Under the pieces are notes generated by a model, which saw only the letters and a list, made by a program, of their open reading frames with translations, searched no databases and was not told the DNA's origin. DNA of 64,000 nt from contig JASVEC010000023.1 in NCBI GenBank assembly GCA_030770535.1, positions 1 through 64,000 on the forward strand. Reading direction: 5' to 3'. Shown in pieces: positions 62,630 to 64,000 of this stretch. The position numbers were made by a program, and so were the translations under genes. This DNA comes from Batkoa obscura (taxonomy: Eukaryota). How positions within the stretch are numbered: the first letter of the stretch is position 1; each line of letters begins with the position of its first letter.

Positions 62630-64000
62630 TCAATCTTTGAGATATATATCTATCATTGGGTTCTTTTTAATTTCATTATAAACCTTTGAATTAACAATCG
62701 GAGCAATAAGTAGTAATGGGGCTTTAGGTTCATATAATAGAATATCGGACTCTTGCGAGAATATGTTTACTATATTATATAAACTACTTAAAAGAGTTAG
62801 GCGATTCAATAATGGCTTAATAGTGTTTACTATTGGTGCCATGATATTTGATAGATTATAAAGGGGCATTGCTAAAATCTCACTTATTGGATTGCCTATA
62901 TATATAGGAAAAAAACTGTAAATTTTGATTACTTCAAGATTTGGGAATAAAGACAAAAAGCAAGCAAAATCCTCAAGGGTATCATCAAATCTACTCATGG
63001 TAATTTGTTTTATAAATTTACATTGGAATTCATCGTCTTCAAAATAAATTGTATCCATGACTCCTTGCTCAAACTCAGTAATGTCCATCTTTTCAATGTT
63101 TGGCAATAAAGAAATTACCTGCAATATTTCTACTGAAAACTCTTTAATGAACACTTCCTTTAAGGTTAATAATTTCATAAAACTGTCATCAATTTGGTAT
63201 TTTGAACCAAGAAAGCCTAAGCTAACGATATTACTTCCCTCAATAAAGCTCATGTTGTTACTATTCTCGTTTATTTCAAAAATCTTGCCAGAATAATCAA
63301 TTAATTTTATGCTCTTTAATTTTTTTAAGTTTCCTAAGCAACTAATATCAAATTCTTTGAATTCACCTCTAATTACTAACTCTAAATTGGAACTGAAATT
63401 TATATTGGGGTTGAATCTAACAGGATTAACAAAAACTCCAGAAGTTCCTAGATATAACTTCTTTAATTTACTAAATTTTGTTTTAACCATATCTAGTCCA
63501 TCAAGGCGCAGTTCGTCTTTGGAATATATTACAAGTACTTTCAATTTCTTTAAAGTATGATATTTGATTATATTCTTGAGGATTATATTTTTTCCACCAA
63601 TTATAAGCTCTTCTACCTGATCTAAATAGTTATCAAATATATCTGGTAATCTTGTACTTACAAAAGAAAATATTTTTAAAATTTTCAAGTTTGGAAAATT
63701 AGTACTTATTTTAATACTATTATCAACACTACTGCTATCATTAATATCGCCAAGCGGGTTCTTGTATTCCATCGATACTACATTTGGGCAACAGTTTAAA
63801 TACTCAATGTTGCTATTGTCTATTTCCATATGTTTTATTAATAGGGGATTCTCTTTGATAAATTTGATTTGATGATTTGAATACTTCCGAGATTTGAGGT
63901 ATACTGAGTTTATTAATTTTTTCCTGATAACATATTTGATAATTTTATTGATATATTTATTTAAGAGCAGATAGTTAAATAGCTCATCCGGATTTGCAAA
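62630..64000 (-). CDS. F-box/LRR protein, tandem paralogue; start lies beyond window
   Basis: Frame stays open to the window edge (PDELFNYLLLNKYI); high similarity to 60184-61602. Confidence 0.9.
   Translation of the reverse strand, partial: FANPDELFNYLLLNKYINKIIKYVIRKKLINSVYLKSRKYSNHQIKFIKENPLLIKHMEIDNSNIEYLNCCPNVVSMEYKNPLGDINDSSSVDNSIKISTNFPNLKILKIFSFVSTRLPDIFDNYLDQVEELIIGGKNIILKNIIKYHTLKKLKVLVIYSKDELRLDGLDMVKTKFSKLKKLYLGTSGVFVNPVRFNPNINFSSNLELVIRGEFKEFDISCLGNLKKLKSIKLIDYSGKIFEINENSNNMSFIEGSNIVSLGFLGSKYQIDDSFMKLLTLKEVFIKEFSVEILQVISLLPNIEKMDITEFEQGVMDTIYFEDDEFQCKFIKQITMSRFDDTLEDFACFLSLFPNLEVIKIYSFFPIYIGNPISEILAMPLYNLSNIMAPIVNTIKPLLNRLTLLSSLYNIVNIFSQESDILLYEPKAPLLLIAPIVNSKVYNEIKKNPMIDIYLKD

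Overview
Very AT-rich eukaryotic genomic DNA with many short (about 45-80 nt) GT-AG introns. It most resembles an early-diverging fungus; Entomophthorales/Conidiobolus-like is an inference from gene style and the F-box/LRR expansion. Housekeeping genes: acyl-CoA oxidase, two PDI/thioredoxin paralogues, SYF2, a Ydj1-type Hsp40, ENP2/NOL10, eEF2, a TTP/Cth-type CCCH protein, TMEM234-like and RNF5-like genes. Secreted proteins: 5'-nucleotidase, GH18 chitinase, two repeat proteins and a Kunitz/BPTI-like protein. There are two F-box/LRR genes and one F-box pseudogene. Items the ORF track misses: a U1 snRNA gene (4791-4945, minus), a spliced Siva-like Zn-finger gene, a probable SHOC1/Zip2-like meiotic gene and a 4-nt micro-exon. 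There are 23 copies of a ~100-bp TG...CA MITE with variable 2-bp target-site duplications and two-way CpG decay. An unassigned structured GC-rich RNA candidate lies at ~10.3 kb. Four genes are each broken by one missing A in an A-run, most likely an assembly error. No database searches were run; family calls rest on motifs read from the sequence and recalled consensus.
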